Assembly (NCBI RefSeq): GCF_019464535.1
Contig: NZ_CP080507.1
Span: 3,930,001 to 3,962,000 of the forward strand
Length of the DNA stretch: 32,000 nt
Reading direction: 5' to 3'
Source: Horticoccus luteus
GTDB lineage: Bacteria; Verrucomicrobiota; Verrucomicrobiia; Opitutales; Opitutaceae
Numbering within the stretch: position 1 is the first letter of the stretch; each line of letters begins with the position of its first letter. Made by a program: the position numbers and the translations under genes. The notes beneath the pieces are model-generated. The model saw nothing but the letters and a program-made list of their open reading frames with translations. It did no database searches and had not been told where the DNA came from. Shown in pieces: positions 9,345 to 18,800 of this stretch.

Positions 9345-9578
9345 ATGCCCACCTCCCTCATGAAAACCCTCGACGTCCGGCCGCTGCTCGCGCGCGGCGA
9401 AGAACCGTTCTCGGTCATTCGCGCGCGCGTCGATGCCCTCGCCGTCGGCCAAGGCCTCACCGTGGTCGCCCCCTTTCTGCCCGCGCCCCTCATCGAATTG
9501 CTCAAAGGCGAAGGCTTTCAGCCGACGATTGAACGCCGCTCCGACGGCGGCTGGGCCGTCATGGTCTGGCGCAAATAA
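9345..9578 (+). CDS. DUF2249-like small protein
   Basis: The 77-aa product reads MPTSLMKTLDVRPLLARGEEPFSVIRARVDALAVGQGLTVVAPFLPAPLIELLKGEGF. This matches the DUF2249 pattern (LDVR..., P.PL...L). It is the in-frame 3' part of track ORF 9018..9578. Confidence 0.6.
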   Translation: MPTSLMKTLDVRPLLARGEEPFSVIRARVDALAVGQGLTVVAPFLPAPLIELLKGEGFQPTIERRSDGGWAVMVWRK

Positions 9579-9629
9579 TCTCCGCCTCCGCTTCACCCAC
9601 GCCCGCTCCCTGCCTCGCCCCTTCATTCC

Positions 9630-10016
9630 ATGAACACCCTCCTTTCTCCCACGGAGCCCGGACACCTCTCACTCCTCGCGCCCGTTGCCACCACCACGCA
9701 CGGCATCGTGAGCCGCGCCGTCATCACCACGCCGGCCTTGCGCCTCACGCTCTTTCACTTCGCCGTCGGCCAGGAACTCTCGGAACACACCAGCAAAGCC
9801 CGCGCGATCGTGCAGATCCTCACCGGCGGCTGCCGCTTCACGGTCAACGGCACCGCGCACGAACTGCGCGCCGGCGATCTCCTCGCGATGCCGCCCCGTG
9901 CCCCGCATTCCGTTTTCGCCACCGAAGCCTTCTCGATGTTGCTCACGCAAATCACCGAACCCGCCGCCACCGAGACCGCCGCGCCCGCCGCCACCGCGGC
10001 CCCGTCCGCCCGCTGA
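9630..10016 (+). CDS. cupin domain protein
   Basis: The 128-aa product has a cupin-like core GQELSEHTSKARAIVQILTGGCRFTVNGTAHELRAGDLLAMPPRAPHSV, followed by an Ala/Thr/Pro-rich tail. Confidence 0.6.
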   Translation: MNTLLSPTEPGHLSLLAPVATTTHGIVSRAVITTPALRLTLFHFAVGQELSEHTSKARAIVQILTGGCRFTVNGTAHELRAGDLLAMPPRAPHSVFATEAFSMLLTQITEPAATETAAPAATAAPSAR

Positions 10017-10082
10017 CCGCCCGCGCCGCCGCGCTGGCCGCTGCGAGCTTGCTCGTTCCCCATCCGCGTTTTGAGTGGGCGC

Positions 10083-10799
10083 ATGCCCAAGTCCCTTCGC
10101 GCCGCCGACCTCAAGCTCACCGGCCTCATGAGCACGCTCCGGTGCAGCCAGTTCTTCATCGGCGTCCCGGCGGATGACCTCACGACGATCGCGGGCTTCG
10201 CCCAGACGCTCGCCGTGCCCAAGGGCTCCTACTTGTTTCACGAAGGCGATCCCTCGCGCGGCTTCTACGTCGTGCAATCCGGCGCCATCAACGTCCACCG
10301 CGTCAACGCCGCCGGCAAGGAGCAGGTGATCCACATCTTTCGCCCCGGCGAATCGTTCGCCGAAGCCGCCCTCGCTTCACCCACCGGCTACCCCGCCGAC
10401 GCGCGCGCCATCGAGACCAGCACTGTCCTCCTGCTGCCCAAGGCCCCTGTGCTCGAGCTCATCGGCCGCCGCCCCGATCTCGCCCTGCGCATGCTCGGCT
10501 CCATGAGCGCCCACCTGCGCGTGCTCGTCGGCATGCTCGACGACCTCACGCTCAAAGACGTCGAAACGCGCCTCGTTCACTGGCTCCTCCGCCACGGCCG
10601 CACCGACGCCGCCGTCGTCCCGCTCCGCGGCACCAAACGCGTTCTCGCGGCCGAGCTTGGCACCAGCAGCGAAACCCTCTCGCGCACCCTCGCCCGCCTC
10701 CGCGATGGCGGCCTGATTTCCGTCGGCGCGAAAGCGATCACCATCTGCGATCACACCGCCCTCGCCGCCCTCTTCCGCCACCACCTCGGCGAAGCGTAA
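10083..10799 (+). CDS. Crp/Fnr family transcriptional regulator (Dnr/NnrR-like, no N-terminal Cys cluster)
   Basis: The cNMP-binding fold is GSYLFHEGDPSRGFYVVQSGAINVHR...GESFAEAAL. The C-terminal HTH is RVLAAELGTSSETLSRTLARLRDGGLI, with the E--SR motif that reads TTGAT half-sites. I chose the ATG at 10083; the track ORF begins at a TTG at 10071. Confidence 0.85.
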   Translation: MPKSLRAADLKLTGLMSTLRCSQFFIGVPADDLTTIAGFAQTLAVPKGSYLFHEGDPSRGFYVVQSGAINVHRVNAAGKEQVIHIFRPGESFAEAALASPTGYPADARAIETSTVLLLPKAPVLELIGRRPDLALRMLGSMSAHLRVLVGMLDDLTLKDVETRLVHWLLRHGRTDAAVVPLRGTKRVLAAELGTSSETLSRTLARLRDGGLISVGAKAITICDHTALAALFRHHLGEA

Positions 10800-11000
10800 T
10801 CCATCGTCCGCCTGTCCGTAACCTCTTCGCGCGAAAGCGCGACGCACCGCCGCCGGAACACACGATCGGCCGCGCCGAATAAATTATAACCGATCGGCCA
10901 CCTTCGCCCTCGGGTCGCCGGTCCTCTCCTCCCGACTTCCTGCCGACTCTGTGTCCGGAGCTCCGTGCCCTCCGCGACCCATGCCGGGCGGCGCGCCGCC

Positions 11001-12293
11001 TCACCGCGAGGTCCGCAAAATCTCCGCCTCCTGCGGAGCAAACACCCGCGCGTAGAGCAGCACATACGCCGCCTGCAACACCGCCGCCACGTAGAACGGC
11101 GTCACGAACCAACCCGCCCCGATCAGACTCCCCGCGATCACCGGACTCAGCGACATCGGGATCTGCATCGACAGCGCGTTGAGACTCACGGCGAGCCCGC
11201 GGCGTTCATCGCTGATCGCACTCACCACGAGCGCCTGCCGCGCGCCGATCGTCCCGCGGTTCAACGCCGAGCGCAGCCCATAGAGCACCGCCGCCAGCGC
11301 ATATACCGGCATCAATGGCAGCAAGAGCAGCACCGCCACGCCACCCGCGCGCCCCCACACCACCACGCGCACCAGCCCCGCTTTGCGCGTCAACGATCCG
11401 CCCAGCAACGCCGCGCCCGCCGTCGCGAGAAACGTCAACGCCATCACCGGCGCGATCGCGCCCGGCCCCAGATTGAAACGCACGCCAAACCAATACGTGA
11501 TCAACGGCCCCGTGAGTCCGATCGCGAGCCCGTTGAGCATATTGAGCCCCGCGAGCTGACGCAGAAACCGGTTCTCCCTTCCGCGCACCGCTGCGCCCGC
11601 CGCGCGCCCCGCCGCCGTCACCGGCCGCCCCGCGCGCACGCGCCGCCGCTCCGGCGTGCGCCACAGCAACAGCAAGTTCACCACATTGCCGAGCAGCACG
11701 ATCGCAAAAAGCGGCCGGTAACTATCCGCCGGTCCGAGCGCGCCGCGCCACACCGCCGGCAGCGTCGCCGCGAGCGCACCGAGCGCCATGCCGGCAAAAC
11801 CGATCGCCGTGTTCAGGCTGTAAACCATCCCCCGTTGCGGCGCCGCCACCGCCTCCGCCAGCCACGCCTGCTCGGCCGGCGAAAACGGCCCCGCCGCGCC
11901 ATTCGCTCCGCGCCCAAATCCCGCGAGCACGATCGCCGCCGCCAACGCCGCCGTGTGCGTCGTCGCCATCGCCACCAGTGCGCACCCGCACGTCAACGCC
12001 TCGTAAACGAGCAGAAACGGCTTCCGCTGCAGCCGATCGCTCGTCACCCCCACGATCACATTCAGCGCCGCACCGACCAGTCCCGCGCCGCTTAACACGC
12101 CACCAATCGCCGTCCCGGACCAACCGAGCGCGTGCAGATACAACGCAAGATCCACCACCAGTGCGCCCTGCGCGAGGCTGCGCCAGAAACGCGCCGCGAG
12201 CAACCGCCGCGCCGTCGGCGCGAGCCCTCGCCACCGCCGCACCCACCCGCCGCCGCGCAGCGGTTCAGGTGCGTTGGCGGATTCGTCGGACAT
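11001..12293 (-). CDS. MFS transporter
   Basis: Track ORF 11001..12446 (-), trimmed to the ATG at 12291-12293 (MSDESANAPEPL...). The product is a 430-aa polytopic protein with about 12 hydrophobic segments and an MFS-like loop VTSDRLQRKP. Confidence 0.8.
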   Translation of the reverse strand: MSDESANAPEPLRGGGWVRRWRGLAPTARRLLAARFWRSLAQGALVVDLALYLHALGWSGTAIGGVLSGAGLVGAALNVIVGVTSDRLQRKPFLLVYEALTCGCALVAMATTHTAALAAAIVLAGFGRGANGAAGPFSPAEQAWLAEAVAAPQRGMVYSLNTAIGFAGMALGALAATLPAVWRGALGPADSYRPLFAIVLLGNVVNLLLLWRTPERRRVRAGRPVTAAGRAAGAAVRGRENRFLRQLAGLNMLNGLAIGLTGPLITYWFGVRFNLGPGAIAPVMALTFLATAGAALLGGSLTRKAGLVRVVVWGRAGGVAVLLLLPLMPVYALAAVLYGLRSALNRGTIGARQALVVSAISDERRGLAVSLNALSMQIPMSLSPVIAGSLIGAGWFVTPFYVAAVLQAAYVLLYARVFAPQEAEILRTSR

Positions 12294-12315
12294 GCAGCCC
12301 TCAACATCGCGCCCA
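12211..12315. repeat. copy A of a direct duplication (MFS start codon, first ~28 codons and ~20 nt upstream)
   Basis: Positions 12231-12299 are identical to 15344-15412 (69 nt, read by eye). Lower-identity extension occurs on both sides. Confidence 0.85.
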
Positions 12316-12369
12316 GCTTCCCATTGGCAAATCCCACGCTCGCACCTATCGTGCGCGTGAAGGTTCTTC

Positions 12370-13554
12370 ATGATTTCCATCGCGCTAAAGATGTTGCTGA
12401 GCGACCGCGTCAAATATGCAGGCCTGCTGTTCGGCCTCACCTTCACCGCCTTCCTCGTGACGTTTGCGGCCTCCTATTTTGGCGGCATGATGACGCGCAG
12501 CTTTGCCCTCATCGCCGACAATCCGTCGGCCGACGTGTGGGTCATGGACCCGGCGGTGTCGGCCGTCGATCAAACCATCGATCTGCCCGATCATGCGCTC
12601 TTGCGCGTCCGGAGCGTCACCGGCGTGCGATCAGCGTCTCAGTTGAGCGTGGCTCATGCCGATCTTCGTTTCGCCGACGGCCGGTTTCAAAGCGTCGAAG
12701 TGATCGGAGTCGACGATGCCACTCTGGCCGGGCTGCCTCCGCTCGCAGACGGAGCCGCCGACGCACTCCGCATCCCCAACGCCGCGATTGCGGACGCGGG
12801 CGGCACCAGCGGAAAATTGGAGACGCCGGTCTCTCCCCGCGACCGCTGGCCTTTCCGGCCCCACCTCAACGCGCCACTCCGGCCCCTCGCGCGAGGCGAT
12901 GAAGTGATCGTCAACGACCAACGCGTGCAAATCGTGGGGCGCGGCCACGGCCGGCCGTGGTTTCCGCCGCGCCCGCTCCTGTTCACCACGCTCTCCACCG
13001 CCCGGCGCATCCTGCCGCCTGAGCGGGAACGCCTCACCTTTGTGCTCGCGCGCGTCGCGCCCGGCGCATCGCCGGCCGCGGTGGCTCGCCGCATTGCCTC
13101 ACGCACCGGCCTGCGGGCTCGCACCGCCACCGAGTTCAAAGCCGACACCGTGCGCTGGATGCTCGCCAATTCCGAAGATGTCGGTGACGCGATCACGATG
13201 CTCACCATCGCGATGCTGGTCGGTTTGGGCGTCACTGGCGTGATGATGTTTATGTTCACCCATCAAAACCTGCGGGCCTACGCGGTGCTCCAGGCGATGG
13301 GCGCGCAAGTCAGCACGCTCCTCGGCGTCGTCTGGCTCCAGGCCGCGATCTGCGGCGCGATCGGCACGGGCCTCGGATTAGGGCTTTGCACGCTCGCCGG
13401 CGCGGTGTTCACGCGCTTGGATTTTCCCTTTCACATGCTGTGGTTCGCTCCCGTGGCCGGTGTGGTGGCGGTCATCTTCGTGAGCGGCGCCGCGGCCGCG
13501 CTCAGCCTGCGTCCCCTGCTCACCCTGCGGCCCGCCGAACTCCTCGCCGGCTGA
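12370..13554 (+). CDS. ABC exporter permease, FtsX/MacB-like (DevC-type)
   Basis: The 394-aa product has an N-terminal TM segment, a large periplasmic domain and a C-terminal FtsX-like 3-TM bundle. The DevC-like N-terminus reads MISIALKMLLSDRVKYAGLLFGLTF. Confidence 0.8.
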   Translation: MISIALKMLLSDRVKYAGLLFGLTFTAFLVTFAASYFGGMMTRSFALIADNPSADVWVMDPAVSAVDQTIDLPDHALLRVRSVTGVRSASQLSVAHADLRFADGRFQSVEVIGVDDATLAGLPPLADGAADALRIPNAAIADAGGTSGKLETPVSPRDRWPFRPHLNAPLRPLARGDEVIVNDQRVQIVGRGHGRPWFPPRPLLFTTLSTARRILPPERERLTFVLARVAPGASPAAVARRIASRTGLRARTATEFKADTVRWMLANSEDVGDAITMLTIAMLVGLGVTGVMMFMFTHQNLRAYAVLQAMGAQVSTLLGVVWLQAAICGAIGTGLGLGLCTLAGAVFTRLDFPFHMLWFAPVAGVVAVIFVSGAAAALSLRPLLTLRPAELLAG

Positions 13555-13561
13555 ACTCGCC

Positions 13562-14308
13562 ATGGTCGCACCCGCATCCGTTCGCTTGCCCGATCCGCCC
13601 GTGATTTTTTGCGCCGGCGTCACGAAAACCTACGGCGACGGCGCGCTCGCGGTGGCGGCATTGCGCGGAGTCGATCTCGAGGTGCACGCCGGTGAGCTGA
13701 TGCTGCTCGCCGGACCCAGCGGCTGCGGCAAGACCACGCTGGTGTCCATCATCGCCGGCCTGCTCGCGCGCGACGGCGGCCGTTGCCAGATTGACGGGCT
13801 GGACTTCGATGCACTGACCGCGCGTGAAAAAACCCGCCTCCGCGGACGATCGCTCGGCTTTGTCTTCCAATCCCTGCATCTGCTCGCCTCGCTCACGGCC
13901 GTCGAAAACGTGGCCGCGCCGCTCCTGATCGCGGGCGTGCGCCAATCGACTGCGCTTGCCCAGGCGGCGGCCTTGCTGGGCGAGTTCGGCTTCGACCGCC
14001 GCATGCAGCAGGCTCGCCCGGCCCGGCTCTCCGGCGGTCAGCAACAGCGCGTGGCCCTCGCCCGCGCGATGGTGCACGATCCCCGCGTGATCGTCTGCGA
14101 CGAGCCCACCAGCGCGCTCGATGGTGCGAGTGGCCACGCGGTCATGGACCTCCTGCGCCGCTCCGTTCTCTCCCGGCGGCGCGCCCTGCTCGTTGTGACG
14201 CACGACCCCCGCATCTTCAATTTCGGTGATCGCATCGCGCACATGGAGGATGGTCGCATCACGCGCGTCGAAAACCTTCCCTCACCTCACTCCCCCCGCC
14301 CCCTCTGA
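13562..14308 (+). CDS. ABC transporter ATP-binding protein (DevA/MacB/LolD-type)
   Basis: Walker A is GPSGCGKTT, the signature motif is LSGGQQQRVALARA, and Walker B is VIVCDEPTSALD. Confidence 0.9.
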   Translation: MVAPASVRLPDPPVIFCAGVTKTYGDGALAVAALRGVDLEVHAGELMLLAGPSGCGKTTLVSIIAGLLARDGGRCQIDGLDFDALTAREKTRLRGRSLGFVFQSLHLLASLTAVENVAAPLLIAGVRQSTALAQAAALLGEFGFDRRMQQARPARLSGGQQQRVALARAMVHDPRVIVCDEPTSALDGASGHAVMDLLRRSVLSRRRALLVVTHDPRIFNFGDRIAHMEDGRITRVENLPSPHSPRPL

Positions 14309-15237
14309 TGCCCGCATTCGCCAAATTCGTGCTCCCCGTCCTTGCGGCCGCCGGCCTCGGCATCGCGCTCGTCACCGTCGCGGGTGGCGACCATCCGACC
14401 AGCGTGGCGACATTGCCGGCCGCCGCTGCCCCCACCTCGCCCTATGCCGTCACCGTGGCCGGCGCTGGGCTCGTCGAAGCCAACACCGAAAACATCGTCA
14501 TCGCGACTCCGCTTCCCGGCCTCGTGACCAAAGTATTTGTCGCGCTCGGCGATCAGGTGGAGGCCGGGATGCCGCTGTTCGCGTTGGACGACCGCGGCCT
14601 CCGCGCCGATCTCCTCGCGCGCCGTGCCGCCATCCCTGTGGCGCAGTCGCAGCTCGCGCAAGCGAAGTACTTGTTCGACCTGGCCGCGTCCCTTTCCGCC
14701 TCGCAGGCCATGAGCACGGAAGACCGCGAGACCCGCCGCTTCGCATTGCAAAAGGCTCAAGCAGAACTCGCGCAAGCCGAGGCCGACGTGAAGGCGGGGG
14801 AGCTCCAGCTTGACCGACTCGTGGTCCGGGCGCCGATCGCCGGGGAGATTTTGCAGCTCAAGATCCACGCGGGCGAGTACGCCACGCCCGCCTCGCCTAC
14901 GGCCGGCGAACAACCCCTGCTCCTGCTCGGCGATGTTTCGCCCCTCCACGTGCGCGTCGATGTCGATGAGTTCGACGCCGGTCGCCTCACACCCACCGCT
15001 CCCGCGACCGGTTTCCTGCGCGGCCGTCCCGACCACCCCATTCCGCTCACCTTTGTGCGCCTTGAGCCCTACGTGCTGCCCAAACATTCCCTCACGGGCA
15101 GCAGCACCGAGCGGGTCGACACCCGGGTTCTACAGGTAATCTATCGCTTCGACCCACACCAGACACCCGCGTTCGTCGGTCAACAGATGGATGTTTTTAT
15201 CGCTGGCGCCGCGGAGGCGTCGGGCGCTGCCCGGTAA
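14308..15237 (+). CDS. HlyD-family periplasmic adaptor (DevB-type)
   Basis: There is an N-terminal membrane anchor, a lipoyl-like hairpin (VTKVFVALGDQVEAGMPLFALDD ... VVRAPIAGEILQLKIHAGEY) and a coiled-coil segment. The start overlaps the stop of the ATPase gene (TGATG). Confidence 0.8.
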   Translation: MPAFAKFVLPVLAAAGLGIALVTVAGGDHPTSVATLPAAAAPTSPYAVTVAGAGLVEANTENIVIATPLPGLVTKVFVALGDQVEAGMPLFALDDRGLRADLLARRAAIPVAQSQLAQAKYLFDLAASLSASQAMSTEDRETRRFALQKAQAELAQAEADVKAGELQLDRLVVRAPIAGEILQLKIHAGEYATPASPTAGEQPLLLLGDVSPLHVRVDVDEFDAGRLTPTAPATGFLRGRPDHPIPLTFVRLEPYVLPKHSLTGSSTERVDTRVLQVIYRFDPHQTPAFVGQQMDVFIAGAAEASGAAR

Positions 15238-15322
15238 ACGCCGCTGCCCACCGCAGATCACATCGGCGATTCCTTCGTTCGTTTTCAGCATCGTCCGGAT
15301 TCGCGCGCGGAGCGAGCAGAAT

Positions 15323-15428
15323 GCCGACGGCGCCAGCCCCCGCCCACCGCCGCACCCACCCGCCGCCGCGCAGCGGTTCAGGTGCGTTGGCGGATTCGTC
15401 GGACATGCAGCCTTCAACATTGCGCCGA
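15323..15428. repeat. copy B of the direct duplication: orphan relic of the MFS 5' end
   Basis: On the minus strand it encodes MSDESANAPEPLRGGGWVRRW, identical to the MFS N-terminus. The frame then diverges and no transporter body follows. Confidence 0.85.
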
Positions 15429-15560
15429 CCGTGCGCATGCCAAACGCCACCCGCCCGCGAGCGCTCTCTCGGGCACCTCGTCGCAACTCCCGAATTCACC
15501 CATCGCCAAGATCACGACCGGTCGTGGTGCGCAACATGTCCGCGTTGCGCGTGGAGCTCG

Positions 15561-15836
15561 TCAATTGATCCGCACCAACTCCGCGCGTTCGCGCGCCGAC
15601 AGGTCTTGCACCAACACGACGACGAAGCCCTTGCCCTGGCGAATCATGTCAGCCTGTTCGGCGCTCAACGGGTGCTCGATCCGATCGGGAGAGAGATTCC
15701 ACATCGAACCCGTGATTGGATCCACGACGATCATCCCAATCAAGCCGCCGAAGAGAATATTACCCCAATACCAACCCGACATTTCGGGACGTATCAGCGG
15801 GGAGTCAGCGATCTCGTCGCCGCCGGCAAAAATCAC
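15561..15836 (-). pseudogene. 5'-truncated small membrane/lipoprotein-like ORF abutting the CRISPR trailer end
   Basis: The 91-aa ORF (GTG start) carries GWYWGNILFGGLIGMIVVDPITGSMWNLSP. I recall this kind of motif near the C-terminus of small lipoproteins. No signal peptide is present. The open frame runs straight into the terminal CRISPR repeat 7 nt upstream. Both the truncation and the family call are inferences. Confidence 0.4.
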
Positions 15837-15843
15837 GCCATCG

Positions 15844-18800
15844 GCTTCAACGGGGCCGCGCTCTCGCGAGCGCGGAGTCTGCAGCAGAAATGCAGCAAAC
15901 TGCCCCCCGAGACCGGCTTCAACGGGGCCGCGTTCTCGCGAGCGCGGAGTCCTCCGCTAGTCTTTGTCTCCACGACCTCCACCGTGCGCGCTTCAACGGG
16001 GCCGCGCTCTCGCGAGCGCGGAGTCGTGGAAAGACGACGAGGCGGTCGTCGCCCTCATCGAAGCTTCAACGGGGCCGCGCTCTCGCGAGCGCGGAGTCAC
16101 TGGAACGAGCCGCGCCGGTGGAATCGCGAGTCAGCGGCTTCAACGGGGCCGCGCTCTCGCGAGCGCGGAGTCGCCCGCGCCGCCGAAGCCGCCGCCACCG
16201 CGCGCCTGGCTTCAACGGGGCCGCGCTCTCGCGAGCGCGGAGTCTTCGCCCGTGCGCATGCGCCGGGCGATGATGCGGCGCTTCAACGGGGCCGCGCTCT
16301 CGCGAGCGCGGAGTCGCGCAGGATGAGCCGAGCTAATCGGGTGCCGCCGCGGCTTCAACGGGGCCGCGCTCTCGCGAGCGCGGAGTCCGCCAAGTGGCGT
16401 GATCAGTTGGTGCCCGACTTCATGCTTCAACGGGGCCGCGCTCTCGCGAGCGCGGAGTCATTTCATCGAACGCGTGCGCGACCTGGCGACCAAGCGCGCT
16501 TCAACGGGGCCGCGCTCTCGCGAGCGCGGAGTCGATACCGGAGAGGCCCGGGACTTCGCGTTGGCCGCGCTTCAACGGGGCCGCGCTCTCGCGAGCGCGG
16601 AGTCACCCGCGCTCGCAAACCAAGCTGCAAGCGATCCGCGCAGCTTCAACGGGGCCGCGCTCTCGCGAGCGCGGAGTCGCGAGTTCTTCAATCCGCCCGC
16701 ACTCGGTCACGACGCTTCAACGGGGCCGCGCTCTCGCGAGCGCGGAGTCCCACGCGAACGCCTGCTCGACGGCCTGCGGGCTCGGGCTTCAACGGGGCCG
16801 CGCTCTCGCGAGCGCGGAGTCCAGCCGCACCGAATAGACCGGGTCGGGCGTGCCATGCTTCAACGGGGCCGCGCTCTCGCGAGCGCGGAGTCATCCTGCG
16901 TGGAGGAATTGGCTTGTTGCGACTCGTCGCTTCAACGGGGCCGCGCTCTCGCGAGCGCGGAGTCCGCCAGCCGGCGATGTCGATCATCATCTCATCGCGC
17001 GCGCTTCAACGGGGCCGCGCTCTCGCGAGCGCGGAGTCGCTCGAGGTGATCGGCTCCACCGCATCCCACAGCTCGCGGCTTCAACGGGGCCGCGCTCTCG
17101 CGAGCGCGGAGTCGCCTGTGGAATTGGTGTGATCTGTGGCTTTCGGGCAAGGCTTCAACGGGGCCGCGCTCTCGCGAGCGCGGAGTCAGGCTTTCCAGGC
17201 GTTGTAGCGCGGGGAGGTGCCGGCGCTTCAACGGGGCCGCGCTCTCGCGAGCGCGGAGTCGGAAATCGCCCGGCGCTCCAAAATTCTGGCAGGAATGCTT
17301 CAACGGGGCCGCGCTCTCGCGAGCGCGGAGTCCATCCTGCGCGGTCTTGGCGGTGAGCGTCTTGGTCACGCTTCAACGGGGCCGCGCTCTCGCGAGCGCG
17401 GAGTCTCGGCTCCTTCCTGAACGGCCTCTTCGGCACCGCGGCTTCAACGGGGCCGCGCTCTCGCGAGCGCGGAGTCAATCGGCATCACCGCCCAGAGCGT
17501 CAGCAACCTCGCGCTTCAACGGGGCCGCGCTCTCGCGAGCGCGGAGTCCGCGGGGCGTTGGAACTCTTAACCGACACACCACATCGAGCTTCAACGGGGC
17601 CGCGCTCTCGCGAGCGCGGAGTCCTGGAAGCACCAATGGCAGGAAGGCGGAAAAATAAAGCTTCAACGGGGCCGCGCTCTTGCGAGCGCGGAGTCGAGAA
17701 CTCGGCCCGATGACGATGCGGCGGGCCTCGCGCTTCAACGGGGCCGCGCTCTTGCGAGCGCGGAGTCGCCACATGCGCCGAGGTGTTCGGCGTCTCTGTA
17801 ACCGCTTCAACGGGGCCGCGCTCTTGCGAGCGCGGAGTCAATTTATTCAAATTAGGACACCACCGAGCTTCTATTTGCTTCAACGGGGCCGCGCTCTTGC
17901 GAGCGCGGAGTCACGCGCAAATTGAGGACGTCGCCAATGCGCATGCCGGTGCTTCAACGGGGCCGCGCTCTTGCGAGCGCGGAGTCACCCCATCCGATGC
18001 CACCGTCCGCAGGTGTTGCTCCGTGCTTCAACGGGGCCGCGCTCTTGCGAGCGCGGAGTCGCGGCGCAACTGTATGTGCGCGTCGCCGGCGTGTGGCTTC
18101 AACGGGGCCGCGCTCTTGCGAGCGCGGAGTCATCAACATCCGCAGGGATGCCCGGCAATGACCCTTGGCTTCAACGGGGCCGCGCTCTTGCGAGCGCGGA
18201 GTCTCACCGACGTGTGCGAACACCTCGGGCTCTCGCTGGCTTCAACGGGGCCGCGCTCTTGCGAGCGCGGAGTCTGCACATCGAAGGGCAATCCCGCCCG
18301 AGACCGAAAAGCTTCAACGGGGCCGCGCTCTTGCGAGCGCGGAGTCGCGAATTTTTTCTCCGAAAACGTAGCCGTAAAGCAGCGCTTCAACGGGGCCGCG
18401 CTCTTGCGAGCGCGGAGTCCGGGATTCACCCAACGTCGCGGATGAGCCAGATGCAGCTTCAACGGGGCCGCGCTCTTGCGAGCGCGGAGTCGGCTCGCTT
18501 TTTCGCGGGCCTTGCGGAGTTGCGGCGCGCTTCAACGGGGCCGCGCTCTTGCGAGCGCGGAGTCAGCGCCGCCCCGAATTTCCCCATGAAAAACACCGCC
18601 GAGCTTCAACGGGGCCGCGCTCTTGCGAGCGCGGAGTCGGCCATTCTCGACGGCACTAATGACGAGGCATTGGTGCTTCAACGGGGCCGCGCTCTTGCGA
18701 GCGCGGAGTCGGCAGTTCACCCCGAAGGAGAAGCAGCCCAAGCCCCTCGCTTCAACGGGGCCGCGCTCTTGCGAGCGCGGAGTCGTTGTTCGGGCTTTTT

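Noticed and set aside
10827-10842. Hairpin TCGCGCgaaaGCGCGA just after the Crp/Fnr gene, as a possible terminator.
   Set aside because: No U-tract follows on either strand, and the stem is only 6 bp.
10863-10899. Twin CGATCGGCC motifs 28 nt apart flanking an AT-rich island (GAATAAATTATAA) in the convergent intergenic region.
   Set aside because: The motifs are short and I could not link them to a known site or a stable structure. They may be chance or a weak bidirectional terminator.
10965-12095. 376-aa plus-strand ORF antisense to the MFS gene.
   Set aside because: The translation is extremely Arg/His/Pro/Gln-rich, a typical GC-driven shadow ORF.
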